A DNA stretch of 64,000 nt from Spirochaetia bacterium (GTDB lineage Bacteria; Spirochaetota; Spirochaetia; SZUA-6; Bin103), in the NCBI GenBank assembly GCA_965203905.1, contig CBDBDQ010000005.1, forward strand, positions 4,128,001 to 4,192,000, given 5' to 3'. Positions 8,936 to 18,551 of this stretch are shown here, piece after piece. The first letter of the stretch is position 1. Every line of letters begins with the position of its first letter. The notes beneath the pieces were generated by a model. The model had not been told where the DNA came from. It searched no databases and was given only the letters and a program-made list of their open reading frames with translations. The position numbers and the translations under genes are program-made.

Positions 8936-9529
8936 GTGAACCTGCATCCGCGACACGAGGAAATCTGCGCCGTGCTGCGGCGCGGCGGCATCGTGATAAT
9001 GCGGAGCGACACGGTCTACGGCGTGCATGGGGTGGCGCCCGCTACCGGCCCCCGTCTCACTGCCCTCAAGGGACGCCCGGACGGCAAGCCGCTGTTGCTG
9101 TTGCTGGCCGACGGGCGCAGCGCCGCGGCGGTCACCGGTACCCAACCGCCACCGGCCCTGGCGGCGCTGTGGCCCGGCCCGCTGACCATCGTGCTGCCGG
9201 TGACAGATCCTGCGCCGAGTCCGGTTGCGGCGGGCGCGAGGAGCCTGGCGGTACGGGTACCCGCCGACCCGGCCCTGCGGGCCATGGTTGCCGCGGTCGG
9301 CGCGCCGCTCTACTCGACCAGCGCCAACCGGGCAGGGGAGCCCCCGCTCGGAGATCCCGCGGCGCTGCGTGCCGCCTTCGGCAGCAGCGTGGAGCTGATC
9401 GTCGACGAGGGACCGGTCACCGCGGCGGTGCCATCCACGATCGTGGACGCCACGGTGTCGCCGGCGCGCGTCCTGCGCGCGGGAGCCGTGACAGTCACGG
9501 CAGCCCAACTATCCGCCGCCGGGCGCTAG
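8936..9529 (+). CDS. tsaC: L-threonylcarbamoyladenylate synthase (Sua5/YrdC)
   Basis: DTVYG, KGRPDGKPL, WPGPLT, AVRVP, STSANRAG, PSTIVD. GTG start inferred. Confidence 0.9.
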   Translation: MNLHPRHEEICAVLRRGGIVIMRSDTVYGVHGVAPATGPRLTALKGRPDGKPLLLLLADGRSAAAVTGTQPPPALAALWPGPLTIVLPVTDPAPSPVAAGARSLAVRVPADPALRAMVAAVGAPLYSTSANRAGEPPLGDPAALRAAFGSSVELIVDEGPVTAAVPSTIVDATVSPARVLRAGAVTVTAAQLSAAGR

Positions 9530-9533
9530 CCAG

Positions 9534-10370
9534 TCACGCGTAGCGGCGCAGTTCGAACCACCACGCCCACTCCGCGAGAAACTCCAGCAACCGCTGCTGC
9601 AGGCTGCCGAAGAACTCCCGTTCCAGGCGCGTGCCGACCCGGCCCAGGTAGCGGAAGTGCCATGGTTCGTAGTCGTAGCCGGTAAGCTCCTCCTGCCCCT
9701 CCGGGTAGGAGAGGGAGAAGCCGAAGCGCCACGCGTGCGCCGCCACCCAGCGGCCGTTTGGGGTGTCGCCGTAGCCGGAGGCGATGGAGCCGAAGTCGAT
9801 GGTGGTGCCCAACTGGTGCTGCGAGTGGCCGGGACGCGCCGATACCCGGTCGGCGGCCTCCTGGCCGAGCTGCTCCACGTGGCGCCGGTACAGGCCCGCC
9901 TGATACTCGTATGAACGGTACGCGGAGGAGACCATGAGCTCGATGCCGTCGCTGCGTGCCGCCTCGATCATTGCCAGCAGGTCGGGCATGATGCTGCGTG
10001 ACAGGCGATGACCCGCGCGGTTGGTTGTGATCGCGTAGTTGTCCACGGCAACCAGCTCCGGCGGCACGTAGTCACTCTCCAGGGCGTGCTCCTTGTCCAC
10101 CAGCCGGTGCCACGCCTGCGGGGCGCTCAGCATCTCCGTCATCAGCTCCAGGAACACCTGCGGCCGCGCGCGAATCCGTTCCGCGCTGTCCGCCTCCACG
10201 GCGGCCAGTACCTCCTCCAGATCCGGCAGGGTAATCGAGAACCCCGGGTGCACCGCGGGTGGCGGTTCCGAGACCGCGCAGCCCACGACGGACAGCAGGT
10301 ACGCGGCGCCCACGATCTTGCCCAGTTCCGTTCTGAAACGTCGTGCCGGGCCGCCCGATGGCTCCTTCAA
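9534..10370 (-). CDS. M15B D-Ala-D-Ala carboxypeptidase (VanY-like), probable lipoprotein
   Basis: SAYRSYEYQ, SARPGHSQHQLGTTIDF, YEPWHFRY. Lipobox-like VVGC. TTG start overlapping the lon stop is inferred. Confidence 0.88.
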   Translation of the reverse strand: MKEPSGGPARRFRTELGKIVGAAYLLSVVGCAVSEPPPAVHPGFSITLPDLEEVLAAVEADSAERIRARPQVFLELMTEMLSAPQAWHRLVDKEHALESDYVPPELVAVDNYAITTNRAGHRLSRSIMPDLLAMIEAARSDGIELMVSSAYRSYEYQAGLYRRHVEQLGQEAADRVSARPGHSQHQLGTTIDFGSIASGYGDTPNGRWVAAHAWRFGFSLSYPEGQEELTGYDYEPWHFRYLGRVGTRLEREFFGSLQQRLLEFLAEWAWWFELRRYA

Positions 10371-12748
10371 AACAGCCTTGAGACGACGCCGTCCATTGCG
10401 TCGACCGGTGTAAACAGGATGCCTTTCTTGACGTTCTCGGGAATCTCGTCGAGGTCCTTGGCGTTTGCCTGAGGCATGACGATTTCCTTCACCCGGTTGC
10501 GCTTGGCGGCGATCACCTTCTCCTTCAGGCCGCCGACCGGAAGCACCTTGCCGACCAGGGACAACTCCCCCGTCATCGCCAGAGACTGCCGAACCTTCTT
10601 TCCGCACACCAGCGAGAGCAGCGCACATGCCATCGTGATACCCGCCGAAGGACCATCCTTCGGAGTCGCTCCCGAGGGGATGTGGAGGTGAATCGAGTGC
10701 TCGTCGAAGTACTCCGGACTGATCCCGTATTGGGCCGCCACCAGGCGCACGTAGGTGAACGCAATGGTGGCCGATTCCTGCATCACCTCGCCCAGCTTGC
10801 CGGTCAGCTTGATCCCTCCACGGCCCGGATTGGCAACCGCCTCGACCATCAGTACCGCACCACCGAGAGCGGTCCACGCCAGCCCCTTCACCATCCCCGG
10901 TGCCGTGATCCGATTCCGCTCTTCCTCTACGAACAACGGCTTTCCGAGGTATTCCGCGAGCGTCTCGCGGGTGATCTTGAGAGGTAGAACGAGAGACTCC
11001 ATCATCACCTTTCTGGCGATCTTTCGATGAATACGGTCCAGCGCCTTTTCGTAGTTGCGAACCCCTGCTTCGCGCGCCCAGTTGCTGGAGATGGCGCGCA
11101 ACGATCCCGCGTCGTACTTGACCTTGGTCTTGTCCAGACCGGCACGCTGCAAGGACTTCGGAATCAGGTAGCGGCGCGCGATGTGGACTTTCTCCTGTTC
11201 CACGTAACCGGACAGCCTGATTACTTCCATGCGGTCCAGCAGGGCGGCCGGAATGGTGTCCAGGGTGTTGGCGGTGGCGATGAACATGACCGCGGAAATG
11301 TCAAACGGGAGATCCAGGTAGTGGTCGCGGAAAGCGGCATTCTGTTCCGGGTCCAGCACTTCCAGCAGGGCGGAAGACGGATCGCCCTGAAACGATACCC
11401 CCAGCTTGTCGATTTCGTCGATCATGAACACGGGGTCGCGGGATTTGACGATGCGCAGCCCCTGGATCACCTTGCCCGGCATCGCTCCCACGTAGGTTCG
11501 GCGGTGCCCCTTGATTTCCGCCTCGTCGCGCATTCCACCCACGGAGAAGCGAAAGAAGGCGCGTCCCAACGCCTCGGCAATCGACTTGCCGACGGAAGTC
11601 TTGCCCACCCCGGGCGGTCCCACCAGACAGATGATGGAGCCGCGCCAGCTTCCGTTGCCGGTCCCGTTGGCAGTCAGCTTGCCCACCGCAAGGTACTCGA
11701 GGATTCTCTCCTTGACGTCTTCCAGGCCGTAGTGGTCGCGGTTCAGTTTGCGCTCCGCACGAGCCAGGTCAATCGGTTTCGGCCGGGGATCGTTCCACGG
11801 CAGCGCCGCTATCGTCTCCAGGTAGTTGCGGGTAACCACGAACTCCGCCGAGCTGGGATCCATCAGTGCGAATTTTTCCATCTCGTCGTCGACGCGTTCC
11901 TTGGCCTCGCCGTGGAGCTGCAAGCGGGCAAACGCCTCCTGCAGGCGCTGATGCTCGTTGGACTTGGCGTCGACCGGCATTCCCAGTTCGGTCTTGATCG
12001 CCTTGAGCTGCTCCTTGAGAAAGTATTCGCGCTGGCTCTTCTCGATCTTGTCGTTGAGCTGGCTCTGGATCTTCTTCTGAATGCGCAGGAGCTCCTGTTC
12101 CTTCTTGATGAATACCAGCACCTTCTCGAGGCGCTCGCGAACGTCGATAGTCTCCAGCACTCCCTGCTTCTCGGCCGCGGCCACGTTGAGTATGGAGGCA
12201 ACGAAATCGGCAATCTTCCCGGGGTGGTCGATGTTCACCATGTTGAGCCGCATCTCCTCGGAAAACAATGGGTTGTTCTCCGAGACCTGCTTCACCTCTG
12301 CGATCAAGGCCCGGGTCAGGGCGTGGACCTCGACGGACTCCAGGTTGCGGTTGTCTAGGTACTCCACGGCCGCCACCAAGGGGGGAGTGGCGTGCAGGAA
12401 CTTGGCGATTCGAAAGCGCCTCAGCGTGGATACGAAAATGTTGATGCCGCCGTCCGGCAAGTTGATCTTGCGCACGATCTTGGCGGCGGTGCCTACTTGA
12501 TGAAGTTCTGTGCCGGTCGCCGTCTCCGGCGGTTCCGGAGTCGACTCGGGATCGGCCTCGTGGCGGACCAGCACCAGGCCGATGCAACCGTCGCCGTCGA
12601 GGGCCTGGCGCACCACCTCGACACCGTGTCCCTCGGGTATCATCATCGGGGTGAAGACACCGGGAAACACGGGGGTATTCGGCAGCGGCAGAATCGTGAG
12701 TTTGGGCGGGAGAACCGTATCGGCGGGGATGATCTGCCGGTGCTCCAT
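10367..12748 (-). CDS. lon: ATP-dependent protease La
   Basis: Lon N-domain, GPPGVGKTS, GHRRTYVGAMPG, PKDGPSAG catalytic Ser. Confidence 0.97.
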   Translation of the reverse strand: MEHRQIIPADTVLPPKLTILPLPNTPVFPGVFTPMMIPEGHGVEVVRQALDGDGCIGLVLVRHEADPESTPEPPETATGTELHQVGTAAKIVRKINLPDGGINIFVSTLRRFRIAKFLHATPPLVAAVEYLDNRNLESVEVHALTRALIAEVKQVSENNPLFSEEMRLNMVNIDHPGKIADFVASILNVAAAEKQGVLETIDVRERLEKVLVFIKKEQELLRIQKKIQSQLNDKIEKSQREYFLKEQLKAIKTELGMPVDAKSNEHQRLQEAFARLQLHGEAKERVDDEMEKFALMDPSSAEFVVTRNYLETIAALPWNDPRPKPIDLARAERKLNRDHYGLEDVKERILEYLAVGKLTANGTGNGSWRGSIICLVGPPGVGKTSVGKSIAEALGRAFFRFSVGGMRDEAEIKGHRRTYVGAMPGKVIQGLRIVKSRDPVFMIDEIDKLGVSFQGDPSSALLEVLDPEQNAAFRDHYLDLPFDISAVMFIATANTLDTIPAALLDRMEVIRLSGYVEQEKVHIARRYLIPKSLQRAGLDKTKVKYDAGSLRAISSNWAREAGVRNYEKALDRIHRKIARKVMMESLVLPLKITRETLAEYLGKPLFVEEERNRITAPGMVKGLAWTALGGAVLMVEAVANPGRGGIKLTGKLGEVMQESATIAFTYVRLVAAQYGISPEYFDEHSIHLHIPSGATPKDGPSAGITMACALLSLVCGKKVRQSLAMTGELSLVGKVLPVGGLKEKVIAAKRNRVKEIVMPQANAKDLDEIPENVKKGILFTPVDAMDGVVSRLF

Positions 12749-12925
12749 GCGATTTGAAAGTATTGGCGGGGCAGGGCCAAGTCAAGCTTGCGCGGCGTGT
12801 GTGCCTGCGGCTCGCCGGCGCAGCAAGCCGTCCTCCACGTGGTGGGCGTCGCTGCCGCCGGGCGCGCCCGTGGGTGGTGCCCGGCGCCCGTTGATCCCGA
12901 CACGCGGCAACGGTTAAGCTGCGCC

Positions 12926-13705
12926 ATGCCGTCGAATCGGCGCCGCAACTCGATCGAGTCGGCAGTGGTGCTGAAGTCGGCGCGCATGGGCGAGATCCAC
13001 CGCAGCGTTACCCTGCTCACCCCCGAACGGGGTGTGGTATGGGCCACCGCTCACGGCGCTGGCAAAGCGGCGAGCAAGCTGAAGGCCGCGGCCATCCCCT
13101 TCGCCTGCGTCACCGCCTACCTCTACCATGACCCGGTGCGTGACTCCTTCAAGGTGACCGACGTGGAACCGCTCGACCTGCACGGCGCAATCCGCGCCGA
13201 CCTCACCAAGTTCTTCACCGCCTCGCTGTGGGTGGAGATCGTGCTGCGCAGCCACGGCGGCGGCGGCGAGGCCACCGCGTTGCACGCACTCCTGGTCACC
13301 GGACTGCGCACGCTGGATGCCGCCCCTGCAAAGCAGGCAGGGGCGGTGTCGGTGCAGGTGCTGTGGCGTTGCCTGCAGCTCCTGGGGTTGGCTCCGGACC
13401 TGGAGTACTGCGCCGGCTGCGGGCGCGGCGTGACTCCCGCGGAGGAGTTGCATCTGGCGCTGAATGGAGAAGGACGGTGCCGGCATTGTGCCAACGGCTA
13501 CGGCCCCGGCTCGGTCCCGGCGGGGCTGCGTCTTGACCCTGCGGCTCGCCGGTTTCTGGTGACTACCTCGGGTTTGCCGCTGGCTCGGGCCCTGCGGCAA
13601 CCCTTCGCAGGCGGTGAGCGCTTGCGTCGTGTATTGCAACAACTGATCCAGAACGGCCTGGAAGCACCGCTCAACTCGTTGCGTTGCGCCGCCGGCATCC
13701 TGTGA
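12926..13705 (+). CDS. recO: DNA repair protein RecO
   Basis: AVVLKS..MGEIHR.VTLLTPERG OB-fold N-terminus; CxxC...CxxC zinc motif. Confidence 0.88.
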   Translation: MPSNRRRNSIESAVVLKSARMGEIHRSVTLLTPERGVVWATAHGAGKAASKLKAAAIPFACVTAYLYHDPVRDSFKVTDVEPLDLHGAIRADLTKFFTASLWVEIVLRSHGGGGEATALHALLVTGLRTLDAAPAKQAGAVSVQVLWRCLQLLGLAPDLEYCAGCGRGVTPAEELHLALNGEGRCRHCANGYGPGSVPAGLRLDPAARRFLVTTSGLPLARALRQPFAGGERLRRVLQQLIQNGLEAPLNSLRCAAGIL

Positions 13706-14268
13706 GTCCGAGCGCCCGGCGCGTGTTCCTCGCGCTGCCGTTGCCGCCGCCGGCGCGGCAGGAGGTGGCGGCACAATGCGCTCCGCTTGCGGCGGAAGGC
13801 GCTGCGCTGCGTCCGGTGGCGCCGGCCGGGTACCATGTAACCGTGCACTTCTTCGGCAGTCTGGTTGGCGGCGACCTGGATCGTGCCCGCGAGCTGTGTC
13901 TTGACGACTCGCTGGCAGCGGTGGCTCCGCTGCGCTGCCGGTTCAGCGCGCTCGGCCAACTGCCGCCGCGGGGACCGGCGCGAGTCGTGCACGCCGTGAT
14001 CGGCGAGGGCGCGGCGGCGCTGAAGGACTTCCTGTTGCGGATGCGCGCGCTGGTGGCCGCCGCCGGGTTTGCCGTGGAGCGCCGGCCGCCACTGCCGCAC
14101 GTCACGGTGGCCCGGGTGCGCCGCGGCAGGAAGTGGACGGCACGGTCGCCGGTTTCCTGGTCGGGTGTGGCGTTTCTTCTCGATCGACTGGTGCTGTTCG
14201 AGTCCCACCTCGGCCCCGCCGGTGCCCGTTACGAGCCGCTGGTGACCCGGCGCCTCGGCGGGTCCTGA
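13702..14268 (+). CDS. thpR: RNA 2',3'-cyclic phosphodiesterase (2H family)
   Basis: RVFLAL, two HVT motifs, LFESHL...ARYEPL. Confidence 0.88.
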   Translation: MSPSARRVFLALPLPPPARQEVAAQCAPLAAEGAALRPVAPAGYHVTVHFFGSLVGGDLDRARELCLDDSLAAVAPLRCRFSALGQLPPRGPARVVHAVIGEGAAALKDFLLRMRALVAAAGFAVERRPPLPHVTVARVRRGRKWTARSPVSWSGVAFLLDRLVLFESHLGPAGARYEPLVTRRLGGS

Positions 14269-14281
14269 CGGTTCGCTGCCG

Positions 14282-16390
14282 ATGGATTGGTCGAAGCCCG
14301 CAGTCGACGCCCGCGAGGTGAAGCGCATTGCCGCCCGCTACCGCCTGGATCCGCTGGTAAGCTCGATTCTCCTGCGCCGCGGTCTCACCGACCCGCGCTC
14401 GGTGCAGTACCTGATCGAGGAGGATGCGCACTACCTGCACAACCCCTTCACCCTGCCAAGCATCACCGCCGCGGTGCCGCGCATCATCGACGCGGTGACT
14501 GGCGGGGAGTCGGTGCTGGTGTTCGGCGATCGCGACGTGGACGGGGTCACCTCCACCACCCTGATGGTGGAGACCCTGCGCGGAATGGGCGCCACGGTGA
14601 GTTGGCGGCTGCCGGAGGGAGATGCTCCGTACGGTCTGACGCCGGCGGTAATCGAGGAGCTGGCCGCATCCGACGTGCGGCTGCTGATTACCGTCGACTG
14701 TGGGGTCACCGCCACCGCCGAGGTGGCGGCAGCCCAGCAGCACGGGATGGACGTAATCGTGGTAGACCATCACGAGCCGTTGGGCGAGGTCCCCGACGGC
14801 ATGGTGGTGGACCCCAAGCTGCCCGATTCCTCCTATCCGTTCCTGGAGCTGTCGGCCTGCGGCGTGGTGTGGAAGCTGGCCTGGGCGCTGCGCTTCGCCC
14901 GTACCGACCTGTACGGCGAGACGGTGTGCCTGCTCAACGTACGGCCGCTCAACGACAGTGTCGTCATCGAAGCGGTCAAGCTGACCAACCTGGTGCCCGG
15001 GGCCAGGCTGTTCGAGACGGTCAACCCCGGAGCCGGAGGGCCGGCCGTGCAGCGGCTGGCGGAGTTCGCGGCCGGCTGCGAGATCGTGGTGTACGACGAA
15101 GCGGCCGTGAGCCTGATGCTGACCCGTGCCTGCGGTGCCGTGGACCTGTTCGTGCACGACCTGGCCCCCGAGCTGGCGGCGGTGCACCCGCCCGCCGCCG
15201 GCAAGTCGCTGCTGCAGCTTCGTGAGGGCAGCAAGTTGGCGCGGTACAGCGAAGGAACCTGCAGCGAGCTCGACTTGCTGGTGGAGATGTTCACCGTCGT
15301 CGCGTTGCGCCGCCACCCGGAGTTGATGACCGACTGCGAGCGGGCGCTGGACCTGGTGGCGCTCTCCACCATTGCCGACCTGATGCCGCTCCGGGATGAG
15401 AACCGGATACTGGTAAAACGCGGGCTGCGGGCCCTGACCGCGACCTCGCGGGTTGGTCTGCGCGAGTTGCTGGCGCGGGCCAATCTGTACGGCAAGGATC
15501 TCACCACCATAGACGTCTCGTTTCACCTTTCACCACTGCTCAACGCCGCCGGCCGCATGGGCCAGGCTCCACTCGCGGTGCGCCTGTTGCTGACCGAGGA
15601 TGAGGCGGAGGCGCGCACCTTGGCGGAACAGCTCGTGGACCTCAATCAACGCCGGCGCACGGTGGCTGACGAGGCTTGGACGCGCGCCCAGCCCGGTGCC
15701 CGCGAGAGCTACGACCGTTCCGGCGGCAAGCTGGTGTGGGTCATCGACCGGCAACTGCCGCGCGGCGTCACCGGGATGCTGGCGGCGCGCCTGGTGGACG
15801 CGTTTCGCGCCCCGTCGGTCGTCGTGGCGGACCATGGCGAGGAGGCGAGCGGCTCGGTCCGGACCCTGCCGGGAGTACCGGTCCCGGAGATCCTGGGGCG
15901 GCTCGATGACCTGCTGCCGCGGTGGGGCGGCCACGCCATGGCGGGGGGATTCAATCTGACCTCGGAGCGGCTTCCGCTGCTGGCGCAACGGCTGGAGGAG
16001 GTGGCGGAGGCAATCGACGCGGTAGAGCCGCCGACCTCGGCCGACCGTTCCGTGGATGCCGAGATTCCGCCCGCCTACCTCGCCCCCGAGGTGTGGCGGA
16101 CCGCGGACCTGTTCGCGCCGTACGGGGCCGGGCATCGCCCGCTGGCGTTTCTGATGCGGGGCGTGCCGATCGTGCAGGTGGAACTGGTAGGCAAGGGGCA
16201 GCCCGCCCACGCCAAGCTGCTGCTGGACGCCGGCGGCTACCGCTGGCCCGGGCTGTACTGGAACGCCGCCGACAAGGTCGGTGCGGAGTTCAACGCGGGA
16301 GACCGCGTCAACATCGTATTTCGGCTCACCCGATCGCGCTACAACCAGATGGAAACCCTGCAGTTGACGATTCTGGACCTGGAGCGCTGA
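14282..16390 (+). CDS. recJ: ssDNA exonuclease RecJ
   Basis: GDRDVDG, ITVDCG, DHH, STIADLMPL, LNAAGRM, GGHAMAGG. Confidence 0.95.
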   Translation: MDWSKPAVDAREVKRIAARYRLDPLVSSILLRRGLTDPRSVQYLIEEDAHYLHNPFTLPSITAAVPRIIDAVTGGESVLVFGDRDVDGVTSTTLMVETLRGMGATVSWRLPEGDAPYGLTPAVIEELAASDVRLLITVDCGVTATAEVAAAQQHGMDVIVVDHHEPLGEVPDGMVVDPKLPDSSYPFLELSACGVVWKLAWALRFARTDLYGETVCLLNVRPLNDSVVIEAVKLTNLVPGARLFETVNPGAGGPAVQRLAEFAAGCEIVVYDEAAVSLMLTRACGAVDLFVHDLAPELAAVHPPAAGKSLLQLREGSKLARYSEGTCSELDLLVEMFTVVALRRHPELMTDCERALDLVALSTIADLMPLRDENRILVKRGLRALTATSRVGLRELLARANLYGKDLTTIDVSFHLSPLLNAAGRMGQAPLAVRLLLTEDEAEARTLAEQLVDLNQRRRTVADEAWTRAQPGARESYDRSGGKLVWVIDRQLPRGVTGMLAARLVDAFRAPSVVVADHGEEASGSVRTLPGVPVPEILGRLDDLLPRWGGHAMAGGFNLTSERLPLLAQRLEEVAEAIDAVEPPTSADRSVDAEIPPAYLAPEVWRTADLFAPYGAGHRPLAFLMRGVPIVQVELVGKGQPAHAKLLLDAGGYRWPGLYWNAADKVGAEFNAGDRVNIVFRLTRSRYNQMETLQLTILDLER

Positions 16391-17547
16391 TGGCGGGGCG
16401 CCGCTGGCGCACGGTGCTGGCAGCCGCTGCCGTAGGCGTTGCGGTGGTGCCGGGATTGATGGGTCAGCCGCTCTCCGCCTCGGCCCGCTCCTTCCTGGAG
16501 TCGGCGTTCCTGCTGCCGGTGCTGGATCCAGTGGGCCGGCCACTGCTGGACAACGGGCTGGCGGTGTGGTGCTCGCCGGGGTCACGCTACCACTTCGCGG
16601 CGCAGCGGCTGGTAGCCGAACGGGGCCTGTTCCTGCACTACCGCGGTACGGAGCCGCCGCCCTGGCCCCGTTTTACGCTGCCGCGCGCCGTAATGCCGGG
16701 TGGCCCGCTGCGCGTCGCCGTGGCCAGTGCCGTGCCCCTTGCCGGCCTCTCGGTCAGCGTCGAACTGCCCGACGGGGAACGGGTTGCGGGACGTGGTTTC
16801 GGCGTCGCAACGGACCCGTCCGGGGACTGGGCTGCGCTGCTCGGGATCCCGACTACCGCCGCAACGGGAGCCGCACGGCTTGAGATAGCCGGACACGCGG
16901 CCGCCGGCGCCGAGGCGGCCGCCTTCCGTCTGCTGCTGGTGCAGCCACTGACCGTCGCCGCGCGCACCTTCGCCGAGGAGGAGATCCCTCTGCGTGCGGA
17001 GCTTGCCACCCTGCGCCGGGCTCCGGACCCTCGCCGCCAGGAACAGTCGCGCGAGCTGTGGCGGCTGCTGACCTCGTGGCGCGCGGATGCCCACCGCCAT
17101 CTCGGCCCGCTGCGGTTGCCGCTGGACGAGATACGGCGCACGGCCGGTTTCGGAGACCGCCGCACCTATCGCTACGAGGACGGCAAGGTGGACGTCGCGA
17201 TCCACAACGGCATCGACTTCGGGGCGCCGGAAGGCACCGCGGTAGTGGCCTCCGGCAGCGGCACGGTGATGATGGCCCGCGCTCGGATCGTCACCGGACT
17301 CTCGGTCGTGATCGAACACCTGCCGGGCGTCTACTCGCTGTACTACCACCTGGCCCGGATCCTGGTGCGGGAGGGCCAGCGCGTGGCTGCGGGGGAGGTG
17401 CTGGGTACCGTCGGCAGCACCGGTCTGGCCACGGGACCTCATCTGCACTGGGAACTGCGCGCCGGCGGCGTTGCCATCGACCCGGATACGGTTGTCGCCG
17501 TGCCGCTGGTTGACACGGCGGGGGATCGCGTTATTATTGTCCGGTAG
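16390..17547 (+). CDS. M23 family metallopeptidase
   Basis: HNGIDF, YYHL, GSTGLATGPHLHWE; N-terminal signal. Confidence 0.9.
   Translation: MAGRRWRTVLAAAAVGVAVVPGLMGQPLSASARSFLESAFLLPVLDPVGRPLLDNGLAVWCSPGSRYHFAAQRLVAERGLFLHYRGTEPPPWPRFTLPRAVMPGGPLRVAVASAVPLAGLSVSVELPDGERVAGRGFGVATDPSGDWAALLGIPTTAATGAARLEIAGHAAAGAEAAAFRLLLVQPLTVAARTFAEEEIPLRAELATLRRAPDPRRQEQSRELWRLLTSWRADAHRHLGPLRLPLDEIRRTAGFGDRRTYRYEDGKVDVAIHNGIDFGAPEGTAVVASGSGTVMMARARIVTGLSVVIEHLPGVYSLYYHLARILVREGQRVAAGEVLGTVGSTGLATGPHLHWELRAGGVAIDPDTVVAVPLVDTAGDRVIIVR
17510..17537 (+). promoter_or_regulatory. Putative sigma70 promoter for rpsU
   Basis: TTGACA-16nt-TATTAT inside the 3' end of the M23 gene. Confidence 0.55.
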
Positions 17548-17601
17548 TGAGTCCGGGGCCGGCGTTGCCGGTTCCGAGTCGACTCACGGGAGGATTATTT
17601 C

Positions 17602-17811
17602 ATCGCACACGTAGTCGTTGGAGAAGACGAACTGCTTGAGAAGGCACTCAAGCGCTTCAAGCGCATGGTGGAGAAGGAAGGAATCGTACGCGAGTGGAAG
17701 CGACGTGAGTACTTCGAGAAGCCCTCGACCATCCGCAACAAGAAACGCAAGGCTCTGGAGCGGAAGCGCCTCAAGAAGCAGCGCAAGCTCACCGCCATCA
17801 AGAAGTACTAG
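17602..17811 (+). CDS. rpsU: 30S ribosomal protein S21 (ATC start codon)
   Basis: Missed by the ORF track. Manual translation: (M)[76 protein letters not shown] 8 nt upstream. Confidence 0.93.
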   Translation: MAHVVVGEDELLEKALKRFKRMVEKEGIVREWKRREYFEKPSTIRNKKRKALERKRLKKQRKLTAIKKY

Positions 17812-17862
17812 TCACCATCAGCCCTGAAATCCCGGAAGGTTTGCTGCCGCCGCCGCTGCCTC

Positions 17863-17892
17863 TTGACCGAAGGAGGCGCTCGGTGGTACCTT
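17863..17892 (+). promoter_or_regulatory. Putative promoter of tRNA-fMet
   Basis: TTGACC-18nt-TACCTT just upstream of the tRNA. Confidence 0.45.
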
Positions 17893-17903
17893 TGTTCTTA
17901 CGA

Positions 17904-17976
17904 CGCAGGGTAGAGCAGTTGGCAGCTCGTCGGGCTCATAACCCGGAGGTCGCAGGTTCGAATCCTGCCCCTGCTA
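17904..17976 (+). tRNA. tRNA-fMet (CAT), initiator
   Basis: Cloverleaf with C1/U72 mismatch, GGG/CCC anticodon stem, CTCATAA loop, GGTTCGAATCC; CCA not encoded. Confidence 0.95.
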
Positions 17977-18001
17977 TCCGATCAACTGGTCCCGCAAGAA
18001 G

Positions 18002-18029
18002 AGCCGCTCCCAGGGGGGGCGGCTTTTTT
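18002..18029 (+). terminator. Rho-independent terminator
   Basis: AGCCGCTCC...GGGGCGGCT stem followed by a T run. Confidence 0.8.
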
Positions 18030-18253
18030 GCGCCCGATTACCAGGACGGCGCCAACCGCAGCTCACCGAAACGGCGTGCCGTGTCAGCGGCTTGCTGTGT
18101 CGTGCGGAGCTTGTGAGCCACCTGAGCCGCGTGGGCCCACGCGGCGTGAGTCAGGTGAGGTGGAACGACCGAATAGTACGCAGGGCCACACCGTGGCGCG
18201 GAGACCATGAAAACCGATGCAGCTGGTTCGTCTACCGGACATGGTCTTCGTAC

Positions 18254-18327
18254 TAGCGGTGAAGGGATTCGAACCCCTGACACAGCGGATATGAGCCGCT
18301 TGCTCTAACCAACTGAGCTACACCGCC
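18254..18327 (-). tRNA. tRNA-Met (CAT), probably elongator
   Basis: Reverse complement GGCGGTGTAGCTCAGTTGGTTAGAGCAAGCGGCTCATATCCGCTGTGTCAGGGGTTCGAATCCCTTCACCGCTA. Ile2 is not excluded. Confidence 0.9.
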
Positions 18328-18551
18328 CCGAACGCGCCATCGTGGGAACGCGCGCTGGCCCGCCAAGTATACGAATTGAGTCGGCCTCCGTCGACGCCTG
18401 CGGGACAGGTTGGGCAGGTTGCAGCACGCACCACCCATCCCCGCTGATGCCGGCCGCCGCCAGCCGCGCCACGGTCGGCGCCAGCGGCTCCCCGGCACCC
18501 TCCCACCGCGCCGGCGGGCATCGTCGTGGCTGGTTGGGATAGTATGGCGGG

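Noticed and set aside
17618-17827. 69-aa ORF in the supplied track
   Set aside because: Wrong frame; the real gene is rpsU at 17602-17811.
17904-18327. tRNA-anchored genomic island
   Set aside because: No integrase and no duplicated tRNA 3' end found in the window.
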